Counted from the stretch's first letter, positions 9,323 through 20,032 are shown. The stretch: DNA of 64,000 nucleotides from an uncultured virus (IMG/VR IMGVR_UViG_3300044612_002689) (IMGVR_UViG_3300044612_002689); one strand, 5' to 3'. Notes: a model not told the origin generated them from the sequence alone. Translations and numbers: made by a program.

Positions 9323-10597
9323 ATGATTCAAGAGAAACTCACAAACATTCCCCAGTCAAGCGGTTGTTACCTTTTCAAAAACGAGAAAGGTCAGATCATC
9401 TATGTGGGTAAGTCAAAGTTTTTACCTAAACGAGTAAAATCTTACTTTCAAAAAAATCACAAAGATCAAAAGACTATTTTTCTTGTGAATGAAATCCGTG
9501 ATGTTGAGTTCATGAGTACTAACGATGAGTCTCAAGCACTTTTGTTGGAGGATGAACTTATCAAGTCTTTGAAACCAAAATACAATATCAAAGCAAAAGA
9601 CGACAGATCTCGTCGTTGGTTTATTACTTTGACCGATGAGGACTTTCCAAGACTTTTGGTTTGTAATCCTTCTAACTTTTCAGGTGAGGTTCTTTTGGAG
9701 TCCACAAGTTCCAACTCTTGTTATGAGATCTATGAAATGGTTCATGATATTTTTGATCTTCGTTCTTGTTCTTACAACTTAACTGAAGAAAACATTTCAA
9801 ACGAAAAGTTCAAAACCTGTTTGGAGTTTCATCTTGGTCGTTGTAATGCTCCTTGTGTTTCAAATATTATGAAGTTCTCCTACAAGAAGATTGTAAGTGA
9901 GATGAAAGAATTATTTTCTTTTGAGTTTGACAAGGTTCGTAGTCGTTTGAAAAAATCTATGAAAAACTTTTCTGAATCTATGGAGTTTGAAAAAGCAAAT
10001 GACTTCAAATCTAAAATCGCTGTGGTTGATTCACTTGAAAAGAAACTTGATCCTTTTCGTGTTAGAAAGTATAATGATGTTGCCCGTCAATTCAAAGAGT
10101 CTTTGGGTCTAATCAATGTTCCTACATTAATTGAGGCGTTTGATAATTCCCACACTGCCGGTGATTGTCAGGTATCTGCTCTTGTTCGTTACAAGAATGG
10201 TAAAACTGATAAGTCAAACTATCGTAAGTTCAATATCAAAACTGTTGAAGGTCCAGATGATTACGCATCTTTCTATGAGGTTTTGAATCGTCGTTTTACA
10301 AGACTTTTAAGTGAAAAACAAGAGTTACCTTCACTTGTTGTCATTGATGGTGGTAAAGGTCAGTTGGGTGTTGCAAAACAAGTATTCGAATCTCTTGGTT
10401 TGTTATCTCGTATTGATTTGATTTCTATTTCTAAAAACGACAAACACCAGTCTCAAACAATTCACCTGACTAATGGATCATCAGTTGACATTCCACGAAA
10501 TGAATTTGGGTATCTACTTGCTGAAATTCAAAACGAAGTTCACCGGTTTGTACTATCATTCCATAGAAATAAAAAATTAAAAAAATTATTCAGTTGA
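9323..10597 (+). CDS. uvrC: Compact UvrC-like excinuclease (GIY-YIG, Cys-rich, UVR, RNase H-like; no HhH)
   Basis: GCYLF..IYVGKS, CLEFHLGRCNAPC, MEFEKA, IEAFDNSH, DDYAS, IDGGKGQL, EVHRF. Confidence 0.88.
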   Translation: MIQEKLTNIPQSSGCYLFKNEKGQIIYVGKSKFLPKRVKSYFQKNHKDQKTIFLVNEIRDVEFMSTNDESQALLLEDELIKSLKPKYNIKAKDDRSRRWFITLTDEDFPRLLVCNPSNFSGEVLLESTSSNSCYEIYEMVHDIFDLRSCSYNLTEENISNEKFKTCLEFHLGRCNAPCVSNIMKFSYKKIVSEMKELFSFEFDKVRSRLKKSMKNFSESMEFEKANDFKSKIAVVDSLEKKLDPFRVRKYNDVARQFKESLGLINVPTLIEAFDNSHTAGDCQVSALVRYKNGKTDKSNYRKFNIKTVEGPDDYASFYEVLNRRFTRLLSEKQELPSLVVIDGGKGQLGVAKQVFESLGLLSRIDLISISKNDKHQSQTIHLTNGSSVDIPRNEFGYLLAEIQNEVHRFVLSFHRNKKLKKLFS

Positions 10598-10851
10598 GAA
10601 AGTATCTAATAATTTCCTTTTCGGCCTTTTTACTTGAACTGGGATCCACTTTTTATATAAGTTTTGTTTCTGATCAAAATTTATTTGGTATGATGTTTTT
10701 TGCATTTATAGGACCCTTTTTAAGTTTACCTTTCGTTGGATTTATGATTGATGCGAAAAACTGGAAACAAAGAATTTTATTGTCATTTTCTTCTGCATGT
10801 GGTTACTTAATTGGATCTTTCACATCTTATTTATTTATTAAAATTTTTTGA
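10594..10851 (+). CDS. Small membrane protein
   Basis: Three hydrophobic segments. Confidence 0.6.
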   Translation: MRKYLIISFSAFLLELGSTFYISFVSDQNLFGMMFFAFIGPFLSLPFVGFMIDAKNWKQRILLSFSSACGYLIGSFTSYLFIKIF

Positions 10852-11425
10852 TTATAATTTCAATATGAATGAAAATAAAATACCTTACCTTTCGGACGAC
10901 GTTAATAAGGGTCCTGATGGTGCGTTTGAAGATAAAAATGTAAAAAATAATTATATCGGTTCGGAAGGATTTTACCACGACGATGAAGAAATTTCAATTT
11001 GGGAAAACACTTTAAGAGATGGGCTTGAAGAAATTGAAGTATATGAAACAATTCAAAAAATAAGAAATTACTACAATGGTCATCATAATATTGATGGTCG
11101 ACCACCATCCAAAAAAAATTTCAACGAGTTTCTTGATTCTTTGGATAAAAATTTGTAATTTTGATATTATGGGAAAAATAATAATAGAATTTGATTCTGT
11201 AGAAGAATCACAAGACGCAAGAACCGCACTGGATGGTTACAAATGGAAATTAGCCATGTGGGATTTAGATCAAACGCTAAGATCAACTGTAAAACATGGG
11301 CAAAAATTCAATGGAACAGGTGAAGCATCTAGTGAAGAAGTCGAAATTTGTGACAAATTAAGAGAACAAATCAGAACTATTCTGGATGATTATGGTCTCA
11401 ATATGAATGATTAAAAAGAAATAAT

Positions 11426-11971
11426 ATGAAACAGACAGCAGTAGAAACTCTCATTGAAATATATTACGGCAATGAGGGTCAATTAACAATTAAAGATTTA
11501 GAACAAGCAAAAGCAATGGAGGAAAAAAACCTAAAAGATTCATTTGTAGCAGGTGCAGGTATGGAACAAGATGTTCAAAAAGAAAAACCAACACCGTTAA
11601 TTTCATCAGATGTCAATGAAGTGAAAATTGTGGTGTCAAAAGCAACGGAAGAAGAAAGAGATAAATTAATTAAACATATTGTGGGTCTAATAAAAAATGA
11701 TGAAGAAAAGTTTGATGATGTTGATTTTTTAGAAGAAATTAAAATATACAATTATTTAGACGATTCAATAATTTCTATGAATAAGATTCAGTTAATAAAA
11801 GAAAAAAAAGTTACAACAATTTTTAATTTTATGCAAATGAATGAAAATAACTACTTTAAAGAAAACGACCCAAAAAAATTAACTTGTATGCTCTTTAATA
11901 ATGAAACTTGGCTAATGGATGGAAATAATTTTATAGATATTTCACAAGATGATTTGATTGATATTTTGTAG
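11426..11971 (+). CDS. Hypothetical protein, MKQTAVE family
   Basis: MKQTAVE..QAKAME shared with 11996..12214. Confidence 0.65.
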   Translation: MKQTAVETLIEIYYGNEGQLTIKDLEQAKAMEEKNLKDSFVAGAGMEQDVQKEKPTPLISSDVNEVKIVVSKATEEERDKLIKHIVGLIKNDEEKFDDVDFLEEIKIYNYLDDSIISMNKIQLIKEKKVTTIFNFMQMNENNYFKENDPKKLTCMLFNNETWLMDGNNFIDISQDDLIDIL

Positions 11972-11995
11972 TACAAAAAAATAAAAATAAATAAG

Positions 11996-12214
11996 ATGAA
12001 ACAAACAGCAGTAGAGTGGTTGGTTGAGCAGTATAAAAAAGTTGGTGGAATATCAATAAGTATGTCTAAACAAGCCAAAGAAATGGAGAAAGAGCAGATA
12101 GTTACAACATGGAACACAGCCCATCAGGCAGGTAGGTTTGAAGGTAAAGGTATTGCTGAAGAAAATTGGCAGACATTTGAATCATATTGGAAAGAAATCT
12201 TTAAATCAGAATAA
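11996..12214 (+). CDS. Hypothetical protein, MKQTAVE family
   Basis: MKQTAVEWL..QAKEMEKEQI. Confidence 0.7.
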   Translation: MKQTAVEWLVEQYKKVGGISISMSKQAKEMEKEQIVTTWNTAHQAGRFEGKGIAEENWQTFESYWKEIFKSE

Positions 12215-12451
12215 GATGACAGAAAGAGAAATACAATTACTTGGTTTTGAAAAAAACTATATGGATGAAGATGATGATTACTATTACTTTTTGGATATTG
12301 CTAGTGGTTTAGGTTTTATATCCTGCACAGGTTTTGAAGGACAAAACAACGGTTGGTATGTTGAGGTCTTCAATACAGAACCATCAATTAGATTTAATAG
12401 TTTTGGTGAACTACAGGGATTGATTAATCAACTTTCAAATGCGATAGTGAA

Positions 12452-12697
12452 ATGAGTGATCTTAATAAGACATATCCTAAACCCGGTGAAAAATACCAAC
12501 ATTACAAAGGTGGTCAATATGAAGTTATTTGCATGTGTAATCATACAGAAACTAATGAACCACTTGTAATTTACAAATCACTTTCATTTGGTTCACAATA
12601 CGCAAGACCATTTTCCGAGTGGAATGATCAAGTCGATACTCAAGACTACGGAGTTGAAGAAACTCCAATTTTTAGATTTAAAAAAATAGAACAATAA
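12452..12697 (+). CDS. DUF1653 family protein
   Basis: YQHYKGGQYEV..HTETNEPLVIY..YARP. Confidence 0.85.
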   Translation: MSDLNKTYPKPGEKYQHYKGGQYEVICMCNHTETNEPLVIYKSLSFGSQYARPFSEWNDQVDTQDYGVEETPIFRFKKIEQ

Positions 12698-13734
12698 TGA
12701 ATTCACTCGATAAACAATACCAAGATTTACTCCAAGACATTTTGGATAATGGAGTAAAAAAAGAAACTAGAAATGGAGGAACCAAATCTATTTTTGGTTA
12801 TACAATCCGTCATAATATGAGTGAAGGGTTTCCTGTATTAACAACCAAAAAAATGGCGTGGAAGACGATGGTAACCGAACTTCTCTGGTTCCTTCGTGGT
12901 GATAGTGATATTAGATTTCTTTGGGAAAACAATTGTACAATTTGGGATGGTGATTGGGAAAAACATTATAAAACAACTTGTTCTAAACCATATACACTTG
13001 AAGAAGTTAAACAAAAGGTAAAAGATGGTAACCATAACTTTCACGATTCAATGTTTGATATGGGCCCTATCTATGGTAAGCAATGGAGACAATGGAGTGC
13101 AGGTTCTTTAGAAGATAAACATGGTTTTGGTAAAATAGACCAAATCACAAACCTAATCAACGACCTTAAAACAAATCCTGATTCAAGACGACTAATGGTT
13201 TCGGCGTGGAATCCTGCGGATTTAGAAGCGTCCGTTCTTCCACCTTGTCATTATGGATTTCAAGTTTATACAAGAGAGTTGAGTTTAGAAGAAAGAAGAT
13301 CATTAGTCAGTCAAGAAGTGTTTAATAAAATCTATAATGGGGGAGGACCTGACACTTTATCTCATTCTGAAATTAATCAATGGAATATCCCAACCAGAGC
13401 AATCTCTTTAATGTATAATTGCAGAAGCCAGGACGTACCATTAGGAACACCATTCAATTTAGCGTCTTATGGATTACTTCTAATTATATTGGCGAAAGAA
13501 GTTAATATGGTTCCTGAAGAATTGATTTCAAATATGGGAGATTGTCACATATACCTAAATCAAATTGATGGTGTGAAAGAACAATTAACAAGAGAACCAT
13601 TTGAGTTACCAACTCTTAATCCGTTCCCAAATTATGAAGGGTCAAGACCATCCATAGAATCTTATGTTATTAGTGATTTTACACTTAAAAATTACCAATC
13701 ACACCCAAGTATAAAAATACCACTCTCAAATTAA
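12697..13734 (+). CDS. thyA: Thymidylate synthase
   Basis: FPVLTTKK, ELLWFLRG, GPIYGKQWR, PDSRR, LPPCH, RSQDVPLGTPFN, GDCHIY. Confidence 0.97.
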   Translation: MNSLDKQYQDLLQDILDNGVKKETRNGGTKSIFGYTIRHNMSEGFPVLTTKKMAWKTMVTELLWFLRGDSDIRFLWENNCTIWDGDWEKHYKTTCSKPYTLEEVKQKVKDGNHNFHDSMFDMGPIYGKQWRQWSAGSLEDKHGFGKIDQITNLINDLKTNPDSRRLMVSAWNPADLEASVLPPCHYGFQVYTRELSLEERRSLVSQEVFNKIYNGGGPDTLSHSEINQWNIPTRAISLMYNCRSQDVPLGTPFNLASYGLLLIILAKEVNMVPEELISNMGDCHIYLNQIDGVKEQLTREPFELPTLNPFPNYEGSRPSIESYVISDFTLKNYQSHPSIKIPLSN

Positions 13735-13738
13735 AATT

Positions 13739-13972
13739 ATGAACCAACAAAACGATTGGAATGACCCACAATTATCAGATGGTGATTTCCCACAACAAAA
13801 CAAAACAAAATTCCAAGTAGGAGACAAGGCAATTAAAGTTAAAGGATATAAGTTTCCTTGCACCATCGTATCAGTATTTCAAACCGTAGAAGGTAATGTT
13901 CGAGTAGTAGGTGAGATGGACGAATACGGACTTCTTCACATATTCAACGAAGATCAATTAGAAAAGGTATGA
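13739..13972 (+). CDS. SH3-fold protein resembling type II (DfrB/R67) dihydrofolate reductase
   Basis: FQVGDKAIKVKG..TIV..GLLHIF..QLEKV parallels the R67 pattern F.GD.V.K.G..IV..GSVQIY..LER; directly after thyA. Confidence 0.5.
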   Translation: MNQQNDWNDPQLSDGDFPQQNKTKFQVGDKAIKVKGYKFPCTIVSVFQTVEGNVRVVGEMDEYGLLHIFNEDQLEKV

Positions 13973-14484
13973 AGTTTATAAAATACCTACTACTATGGAT
14001 TTCTGGTAATCTTTCCATACCATTTTGGATGGTTGGGCATGTACATCTAACAATGAACGTCTATCAAGATATACAAGAGATTATTGCATCATTCATTATG
14101 AATATATTAGTTGGTGTTGGTTTTTATATTAGTTGGATGGATTATAAAAAAGAAAATAAATAAAAAAAAATGAAAGAAAAAGAAATTAAAACAGAAAAAG
14201 TAGAAAAGAAAAAAGTTTATCGTAGACCCAAAAGAACTGATAAAGATATTAAAGTAATTGATACAAATGATGAAATTAATGAAATGTTTATGCGTTCCGG
14301 AGAAGTTATCCAGAATGTAATAAAAAAACCCAAACAAATTGGTTATTATCGAGTTGGAAGAGGGTTTAATATTTTTTTTGAAAAAAAACCAAATGGTTTG
14401 AGAAGATTTTTTACCAAAGTATTATTGGGTTGGGAGTGGATTGATCAAAAATAATGTACTCTTATATTTATCAATAAAAATAAG

Positions 14485-15369
14485 ATGAAAGTATTAAAAT
14501 TAGGATCAAAAGGTAAAGAGGTAGAAGACCTCCAAAGGTATTTAAAAATTACAGTAGATGGTGATTTTGGACCAAAAACTGAAGAATCGGTTAAAAAATT
14601 TCAGAAAGAAAATAAATTAACTGTAGATGGTGTTGTTGGTGAAAAAACCTGGAATGTAATGGGATTTGGTATTACCACAGACCTGTCCGAAACAATAACC
14701 ACAACCCCAAAATTAATTATTGACCAAAAGTACATGGATAAAGACGAATATCTGAAAGGTCCAACCAAAAAAGAATATTTGTTTTTACATCATACCGCAG
14801 GTGGTAATAACCCATACCAAGTTATAACCATGTGGAACAACGACACAAGAGGAAGAGTTGGAACTGAATTTGTATTAGGAGGACAATCAGTTTTTAATGG
14901 AAACACAACTTACGATGGAACAATAGTTCAAGCATTTCCTGAAGGTTGTTATGGATGGCATTTGGGTGAAAATGGTTCCCAATATATGCACACAAATTCT
15001 GTTGGTATTGAAACTTGTAACTTTGGACCAATCAAAAATGGTTTAACTTACACCGGACAAAAGGCTGATCCTAAACAGGTAGTCGAATTAAAAAAATCAT
15101 TCAGAGGTTATAAAACTTGGCATCGATATTCTGACAAACAAATTTTAGTATTGAAAGATCTTATTTTATATATTGCAAACAGAGACGGTATTGATATTCG
15201 TAAAGGATTAATTTCTGAAATAAAGTCAAAAGGAGTTGATGCTTTTGAATTTAACAGTGATGCATATTATGGTAAAATAAAAGGTATGTGGACACATACC
15301 AATACAAGAAAAGACAAGTCTGACATGTTTCCACAGCAAGAACTGATAGACATGTTGCTTAGTTTATAA
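14485..15369 (+). CDS. N-acetylmuramoyl-L-alanine amidase with N-terminal PG-binding domain (putative endolysin)
   Basis: DGDFGPKTE..FQ..DGVVG; LHHTAG, WHLG, SVGIE, THTNTRKDKSD. Confidence 0.85.
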   Translation: MKVLKLGSKGKEVEDLQRYLKITVDGDFGPKTEESVKKFQKENKLTVDGVVGEKTWNVMGFGITTDLSETITTTPKLIIDQKYMDKDEYLKGPTKKEYLFLHHTAGGNNPYQVITMWNNDTRGRVGTEFVLGGQSVFNGNTTYDGTIVQAFPEGCYGWHLGENGSQYMHTNSVGIETCNFGPIKNGLTYTGQKADPKQVVELKKSFRGYKTWHRYSDKQILVLKDLILYIANRDGIDIRKGLISEIKSKGVDAFEFNSDAYYGKIKGMWTHTNTRKDKSDMFPQQELIDMLLSL

Positions 15370-15397
15370 AAATTTTGTTTTTTATTCCCAGTGACTC

Positions 15398-15428
15398 TTT
15401 GAAATAATATTTTTTTTTCTTAAATTTG
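15398..15428 (+). promoter_or_regulatory. Bacteroidota-type promoter
   Basis: TTTG-N19-TAAATTTG. Confidence 0.6.
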
Positions 15429-15523
15429 TATAAACGATTAACTACGTTTTAATTAAGATATGAAAAAAATATTTGAATTCTTAACATTTTTAGAAAATGA
15501 AAGAATAAAAACAATGATTCACT

Positions 15524-15919
15524 GTGGAAGAGGAAACTATTAAATCAAAAAAACCCGATAACGTTTCTGATAATCCAGGTATTCTTCCATACGGAAGTAA
15601 TGTTGGGGCACCATCAATTGTTGTTAATGATATACAACATTGGAAAGAACCTAGGGTAATTTCTGTAAATCAACAGTTTGAGGATAAATTTTTGGAACTG
15701 AAAAAAGAGTATGAGAAGTTAATCGAAGAATATAGATGGAATGATTTGGTTTATAAAGCAAAGTTTAGTTTCGAACCAGTCATTGGTAAAGTTTATCATT
15801 TGTACTATAATAAAAAAGGTATAATATTTCTTTCACTTATTTCACCTAGTGAATGGAAATTAGAACATATTGGATCTTTCAAATATAATCACGACAATAA
15901 ATGGATAAAAATAAATTAA
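15524..15919 (+). CDS. DUF2452-like protein
   Basis: LPYGSNVGAP, AKFSFEPVIGKVYHLY, FLSLISPSEW. Confidence 0.7.
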   Translation: MEEETIKSKKPDNVSDNPGILPYGSNVGAPSIVVNDIQHWKEPRVISVNQQFEDKFLELKKEYEKLIEEYRWNDLVYKAKFSFEPVIGKVYHLYYNKKGIIFLSLISPSEWKLEHIGSFKYNHDNKWIKIN

Positions 15920-15920
15920 A

Positions 15921-16613
15921 ATGAAAATCTCAATTATATCTGATACACACAATCACCACAAAAGAATTACAGATGATTTACCGGGTGGGAATTTATTACT
16001 TCATGCGGGTGACATAAGTTCCATGGGTTATGAACATGAAATAACAGAATTTGCTAAATGGCTTGACAGGTTAAACAGTTATGATCATAAAGTATTTATT
16101 GCTGGTAACCACGACTGGGGATTTCAAAATAACGTAGAGAAAATCAAAGGAATACTTACTGGGTATAAAACCGTTGAGTATATTCAAGATGAATTGATTA
16201 CCATACAAGATGGTGATGGACCTGAAGTTAAAATTTGGGGAAGCCCTTGGCAACCTGAGTTTTATAATTGGGCGTTTAACTTACCAAAAAATGGTGAGGA
16301 GTTAAAAACAAAATGGGATATGATACCTGAAGATATTGATATCTTGATCACTCACGGTCCTGCTTGGGGATTCTTAGATGATGTTGAAGGTCGTAGAGGG
16401 GAACATTTGGGATGTGAATTGTTGGCAGAAAGAATCAAACAAATTAAACCCAAGATTCATATTTGTGGACATATTCATACTGGTTACGGACATTATTATA
16501 ATGGTCACACACACTTCTTCAACGCATCTGTTCTGAATGAAAGATATGCTTATGCACATTTACCCTGGAATTTGGATTGGAACCCGGTAACAAATGAGAT
16601 TGTTTTTATCTAA
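15921..16613 (+). CDS. Calcineurin-like metallophosphoesterase
   Basis: SDTH, HAGD, AGNHD, GSPWQP, LITHGP, CGHIH. Confidence 0.9.
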   Translation: MKISIISDTHNHHKRITDDLPGGNLLLHAGDISSMGYEHEITEFAKWLDRLNSYDHKVFIAGNHDWGFQNNVEKIKGILTGYKTVEYIQDELITIQDGDGPEVKIWGSPWQPEFYNWAFNLPKNGEELKTKWDMIPEDIDILITHGPAWGFLDDVEGRRGEHLGCELLAERIKQIKPKIHICGHIHTGYGHYYNGHTHFFNASVLNERYAYAHLPWNLDWNPVTNEIVFI

Positions 16614-16659
16614 TATTGAATAATTGTTGGACTTGTAATATTTATTTAAAAAAAAGAAA

Positions 16660-17220
16660 ATGGATAAATTAACACAAAAAGTATTAGACCAATTAAAAAA
16701 ACGTGGTCTATACGAACAAAACATTGAAGATTTGGATACTGACGATGACGATACAGATGATAATTTTGATGATGAGTCTTCAGACGATGAAGAATCAAAT
16801 GATGAGGATCAAAAAGATGAATTTCAGTCTGTTAATGATGGGACCGAAGAACAATTTTGTGAGATGGTTTGTAAATTACTTCATTCACAAACTCAAGTTC
16901 ACGTATTTCATTTAGGTGTAACCGGATCCGGATCTTATGCCGCTCACAAAGCACTTCAAGGTTATTATGAGGGAATCGATGGATTGGTAGATGGACTTAT
17001 TGAATCTTACCAGGGTAAGTATGGACTTTTAAAAAGTTACAAAAGTTTTAAAATTCAAAGTTTCAAATCCATTAAATCAACAATTCAATATTTAGAAAGT
17101 CTAAATGAGATGATCGAAGAAAACAGAGATTGTTGTGATGATAGTTTTATTCAAAACCAGATCGATACCGTCCAAGAATTATTATTTTCGACACTATATA
17201 AATTAAAGTATCTTTCTTAA
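16660..17220 (+). CDS. Ferritin/Dps-like protein (DUF5856-like) with acidic N-terminal linker
   Basis: HVFHL..SYAAHKALQGYYE..LIESYQGKYG..QNQID..TLYKL. Confidence 0.7.
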   Translation: MDKLTQKVLDQLKKRGLYEQNIEDLDTDDDDTDDNFDDESSDDEESNDEDQKDEFQSVNDGTEEQFCEMVCKLLHSQTQVHVFHLGVTGSGSYAAHKALQGYYEGIDGLVDGLIESYQGKYGLLKSYKSFKIQSFKSIKSTIQYLESLNEMIEENRDCCDDSFIQNQIDTVQELLFSTLYKLKYLS

Positions 17221-17226
17221 TTCACT

Positions 17227-17250
17227 AAAGGGACTCAGGTCCCTTTTTTT
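17227..17250 (+). terminator. Intrinsic terminator between convergent genes
   Basis: AAAGGGAC-TCAG-GTCCCTTT followed by a T-run. Confidence 0.75.
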
Positions 17251-18194
17251 TATTCAAATGAAATATTTAAATTAATATTAACTTTGAATCCCAAAGTGGT
17301 TTTTATAATTTCGTTAATTTTTTCTTTCAAATAATCCTTTACGGTATCACGAGTAACCCCTTCCATTTGATTCATAAAGAAGTCTCCAGAGGACCTATCA
17401 ATTGAATTACCAATAACTTTTTCAACATTGGTTACTCTGACATCTAAATTCAAAGTTTCATTATTTTCATTGACTGATTCATATTTAAATGAAATTCTCA
17501 ATCTTGGATACCAACCTGTTCTTACTTTGATAATTTCTCCAGATTGAATCATATTTTCTATATCATTAAGCAGATCTTGTTTTTTGGATTCTAAACCCTG
17601 CGAAAAGTCTTTCCAACCTTTTCTTAATTTAACCATGTCATTTTGACTCAACTTAATTATGTCACCCCTTGACACACTTGGGTACACGTTACTCATATGT
17701 TTTGCAGTTGACATAGAATATCTCGATTCAACTTCAAACCATTTACCGTATTTATAAATGTAAATTGGGTACCAGTCATATGATAAAACCACGTAACCCC
17801 AGTCACCATAGTTATCATCTTCCCAGTTAGCGGTTAAATTAGATCCCCTAAATGGTTTTAAATTATTGACTAGATCCTTAGCATTTGTATTTGTTGTTCT
17901 TTTTTGAACTGTTTTATCATAAAACTTTTTTAAATTATCTTGAGTTATTAAATCATACCTTCCATCCTCTCTAAAATTTGCGGTATATAGGTCATAATAG
18001 TAGTCTACTTTTTTCGAATCAAGACCAAAATTTCCTATTTGATCCCGAATTAAATTTAATATTTCCTGTCTGGTTGTATAACTTTGTTTACTTTGTTTAA
18101 AAATATTCAGAAATTTGAAAAATAATACTTCGTTCTTAGTAAGAAAAGAATCTTGAGTTTCTTCAAGTAAAATTTTTTTAATAATATTGTACAT
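17250..18194 (-). CDS. Hypothetical protein with IKKILLEE leader
   Basis: 314-aa ORF; upstream ATATTTAT on its own strand. Confidence 0.7.
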   Translation of the reverse strand: MYNIIKKILLEETQDSFLTKNEVLFFKFLNIFKQSKQSYTTRQEILNLIRDQIGNFGLDSKKVDYYYDLYTANFREDGRYDLITQDNLKKFYDKTVQKRTTNTNAKDLVNNLKPFRGSNLTANWEDDNYGDWGYVVLSYDWYPIYIYKYGKWFEVESRYSMSTAKHMSNVYPSVSRGDIIKLSQNDMVKLRKGWKDFSQGLESKKQDLLNDIENMIQSGEIIKVRTGWYPRLRISFKYESVNENNETLNLDVRVTNVEKVIGNSIDRSSGDFFMNQMEGVTRDTVKDYLKEKINEIIKTTLGFKVNINLNISFE

Positions 18195-18228
18195 ATTAAA
18201 TAAATATTGTACTTTTGAAAAAAAAAAT

Positions 18229-18582
18229 ATGGCACATCCAGAATTACACGCAAAATCCTCTGTTAAAAAATTTGGAGGTAAAGAAGAAGATTATATCAAA
18301 ATCCACAACTGGTTTGATGAAACTAAAGGTTGGATTGGACATTCTGATCATAGACTGTTTAGGCATCATTCAGAAGGTATTTTTGAATGTGAAAAAATTT
18401 TTGGAAGTTCATTTTTAAATAGTGACGGTAAATTGGTTTATGTGAGATATATTGGAGAACAACATGTTAGAGAAGACTGTGCAAATCAAATACCAAGTGC
18501 AAAAGATTGGGTTGATGCCTTGAAAAAAAGAGAAAAACCAATCTGGATGATTAAAACTATGAATTTAGAATTTACCGATTAA
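18229..18582 (+). CDS. DUF6915-like protein
   Basis: MAHPELHAKSS..IHNWFDETK..HRLFRHHSEGIF..GEQHVREDC; start reassigned. Confidence 0.75.
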   Translation: MAHPELHAKSSVKKFGGKEEDYIKIHNWFDETKGWIGHSDHRLFRHHSEGIFECEKIFGSSFLNSDGKLVYVRYIGEQHVREDCANQIPSAKDWVDALKKREKPIWMIKTMNLEFTD

Positions 18583-18596
18583 TATATTTATTAAGT

Positions 18597-19325
18597 ATGA
18601 ATAACGAACTAAAACAAATTTTTTTCTTTTTAAAAGTTTCAAAACTAGAAAACATTTATCTTAGAGCATGGTATTCTTTAGATGATTCCGTTGACCATTT
18701 TGATTTTTATTTTGATGACCGCAATCTTTCAAAAGAAATTCTTCCTGAAAATTTTATAAATTTCATGGAAAAAATATGTGACGAACTTTCGGAATCTGAG
18801 GAAATACAACAACTTATTTATGATAATTCAGTTGAAGATACTTACGGTGATTATATAAGAGGTTATATCACATTCAAATTTGATGGAATTGATGAAAAAA
18901 TATATCTAGATTATCATCAATATTACTACGGAGAATCTGAAGATTACCAAGAATTTGAAATAGAAAGAGAAAATGTAATTGAGATTTTCAAAAAAAATAA
19001 AATTAAAGAATTCACATGTAGATATAATGGGGGTGGAGATTCTGGTTATGCGGAAGAATTCGAAATTGATTCTGATAAAAAAATTAGTTGGGAAACTTTA
19101 TCAGAATCAGAAAAATCAATAATTGAGGATCTTGTCTACGAAAGTTTAGAAAATTTTGGCGGTTGGGAAATTAATGAAGGTAGTTCAGGTGATGTACAAA
19201 TTGTTTATGATAGTAATTCTGAATCATGTAATGTTGATATTAATCACACCTGGAATACAGAAGAAGATATGACTATCATTGAAGGTTATGAGATCCCTGA
19301 AAACTTTTTAAATAAATTTGAATGA
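18597..19325 (+). CDS. DUF6878-like protein, paralog 1
   Basis: YNGGGDSG...GWEINEGSSG. Confidence 0.65.
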   Translation: MNNELKQIFFFLKVSKLENIYLRAWYSLDDSVDHFDFYFDDRNLSKEILPENFINFMEKICDELSESEEIQQLIYDNSVEDTYGDYIRGYITFKFDGIDEKIYLDYHQYYYGESEDYQEFEIERENVIEIFKKNKIKEFTCRYNGGGDSGYAEEFEIDSDKKISWETLSESEKSIIEDLVYESLENFGGWEINEGSSGDVQIVYDSNSESCNVDINHTWNTEEDMTIIEGYEIPENFLNKFE

Positions 19326-20032
19326 TTATGAATAATTTTAATTTACTAATTAATTTTATAAAAGCCTCTGGTGCCGAATCTGTTTCGGCTCAAGCCTATT
19401 GGGATTTGGGATGGGAAATAGACGACCTTAATATATCAATAAGTACCCCTGAAAAACATGTGGATTTAACAATTCCCCATATTGAAAACTTTGTTGAAAA
19501 GATTTCTGATAGTTTTTTAGAAAGCACATTTGTTAAAGACATCATTTATAATAACTCAATTTCAGATTTTGAGTACCCAAGAGGATCGGTTTCATTAGAA
19601 ATATTTCCAGATGGAAAAATATTATTTTCTTTCAATGAAGATTATTTGACAGAAGAAGAACAGGAATTTAACAAAGAAATTGACAACTTAGAGTTTTACC
19701 ATGCACTTCATGATCTAGATATTAATGGAATTTCTGCAACTTATAATGGTTACGGTGATAGTGGATATATTGAAAATTTTGAACCGGACTTTTCTGGAAT
19801 TAATAGTAAAAGTTTTGATTATATCGAAGAAGAATTTTATCATTTTTTAAATAATCTTTATCCAGGTTGGGAAATTGATGATGGTAGTCGGGGTGAAATC
19901 AGTGTTGAACAGGCGGATGAAAAATCCAAAATTGATGTTACAATTACACACACTTGGTATAACCCAACTAATGATTATTCTATTCGTGACCTGGACGTGA
20001 CCGAAGAATTTTTAAAGTATATTGACCTATAA
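19322..20032 (+). CDS. DUF6878-like protein, paralog 2
   Basis: YNGYGDSG...GWEIDDGSRG. Confidence 0.65.
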   Translation: MIMNNFNLLINFIKASGAESVSAQAYWDLGWEIDDLNISISTPEKHVDLTIPHIENFVEKISDSFLESTFVKDIIYNNSISDFEYPRGSVSLEIFPDGKILFSFNEDYLTEEEQEFNKEIDNLEFYHALHDLDINGISATYNGYGDSGYIENFEPDFSGINSKSFDYIEEEFYHFLNNLYPGWEIDDGSRGEISVEQADEKSKIDVTITHTWYNPTNDYSIRDLDVTEEFLKYIDL

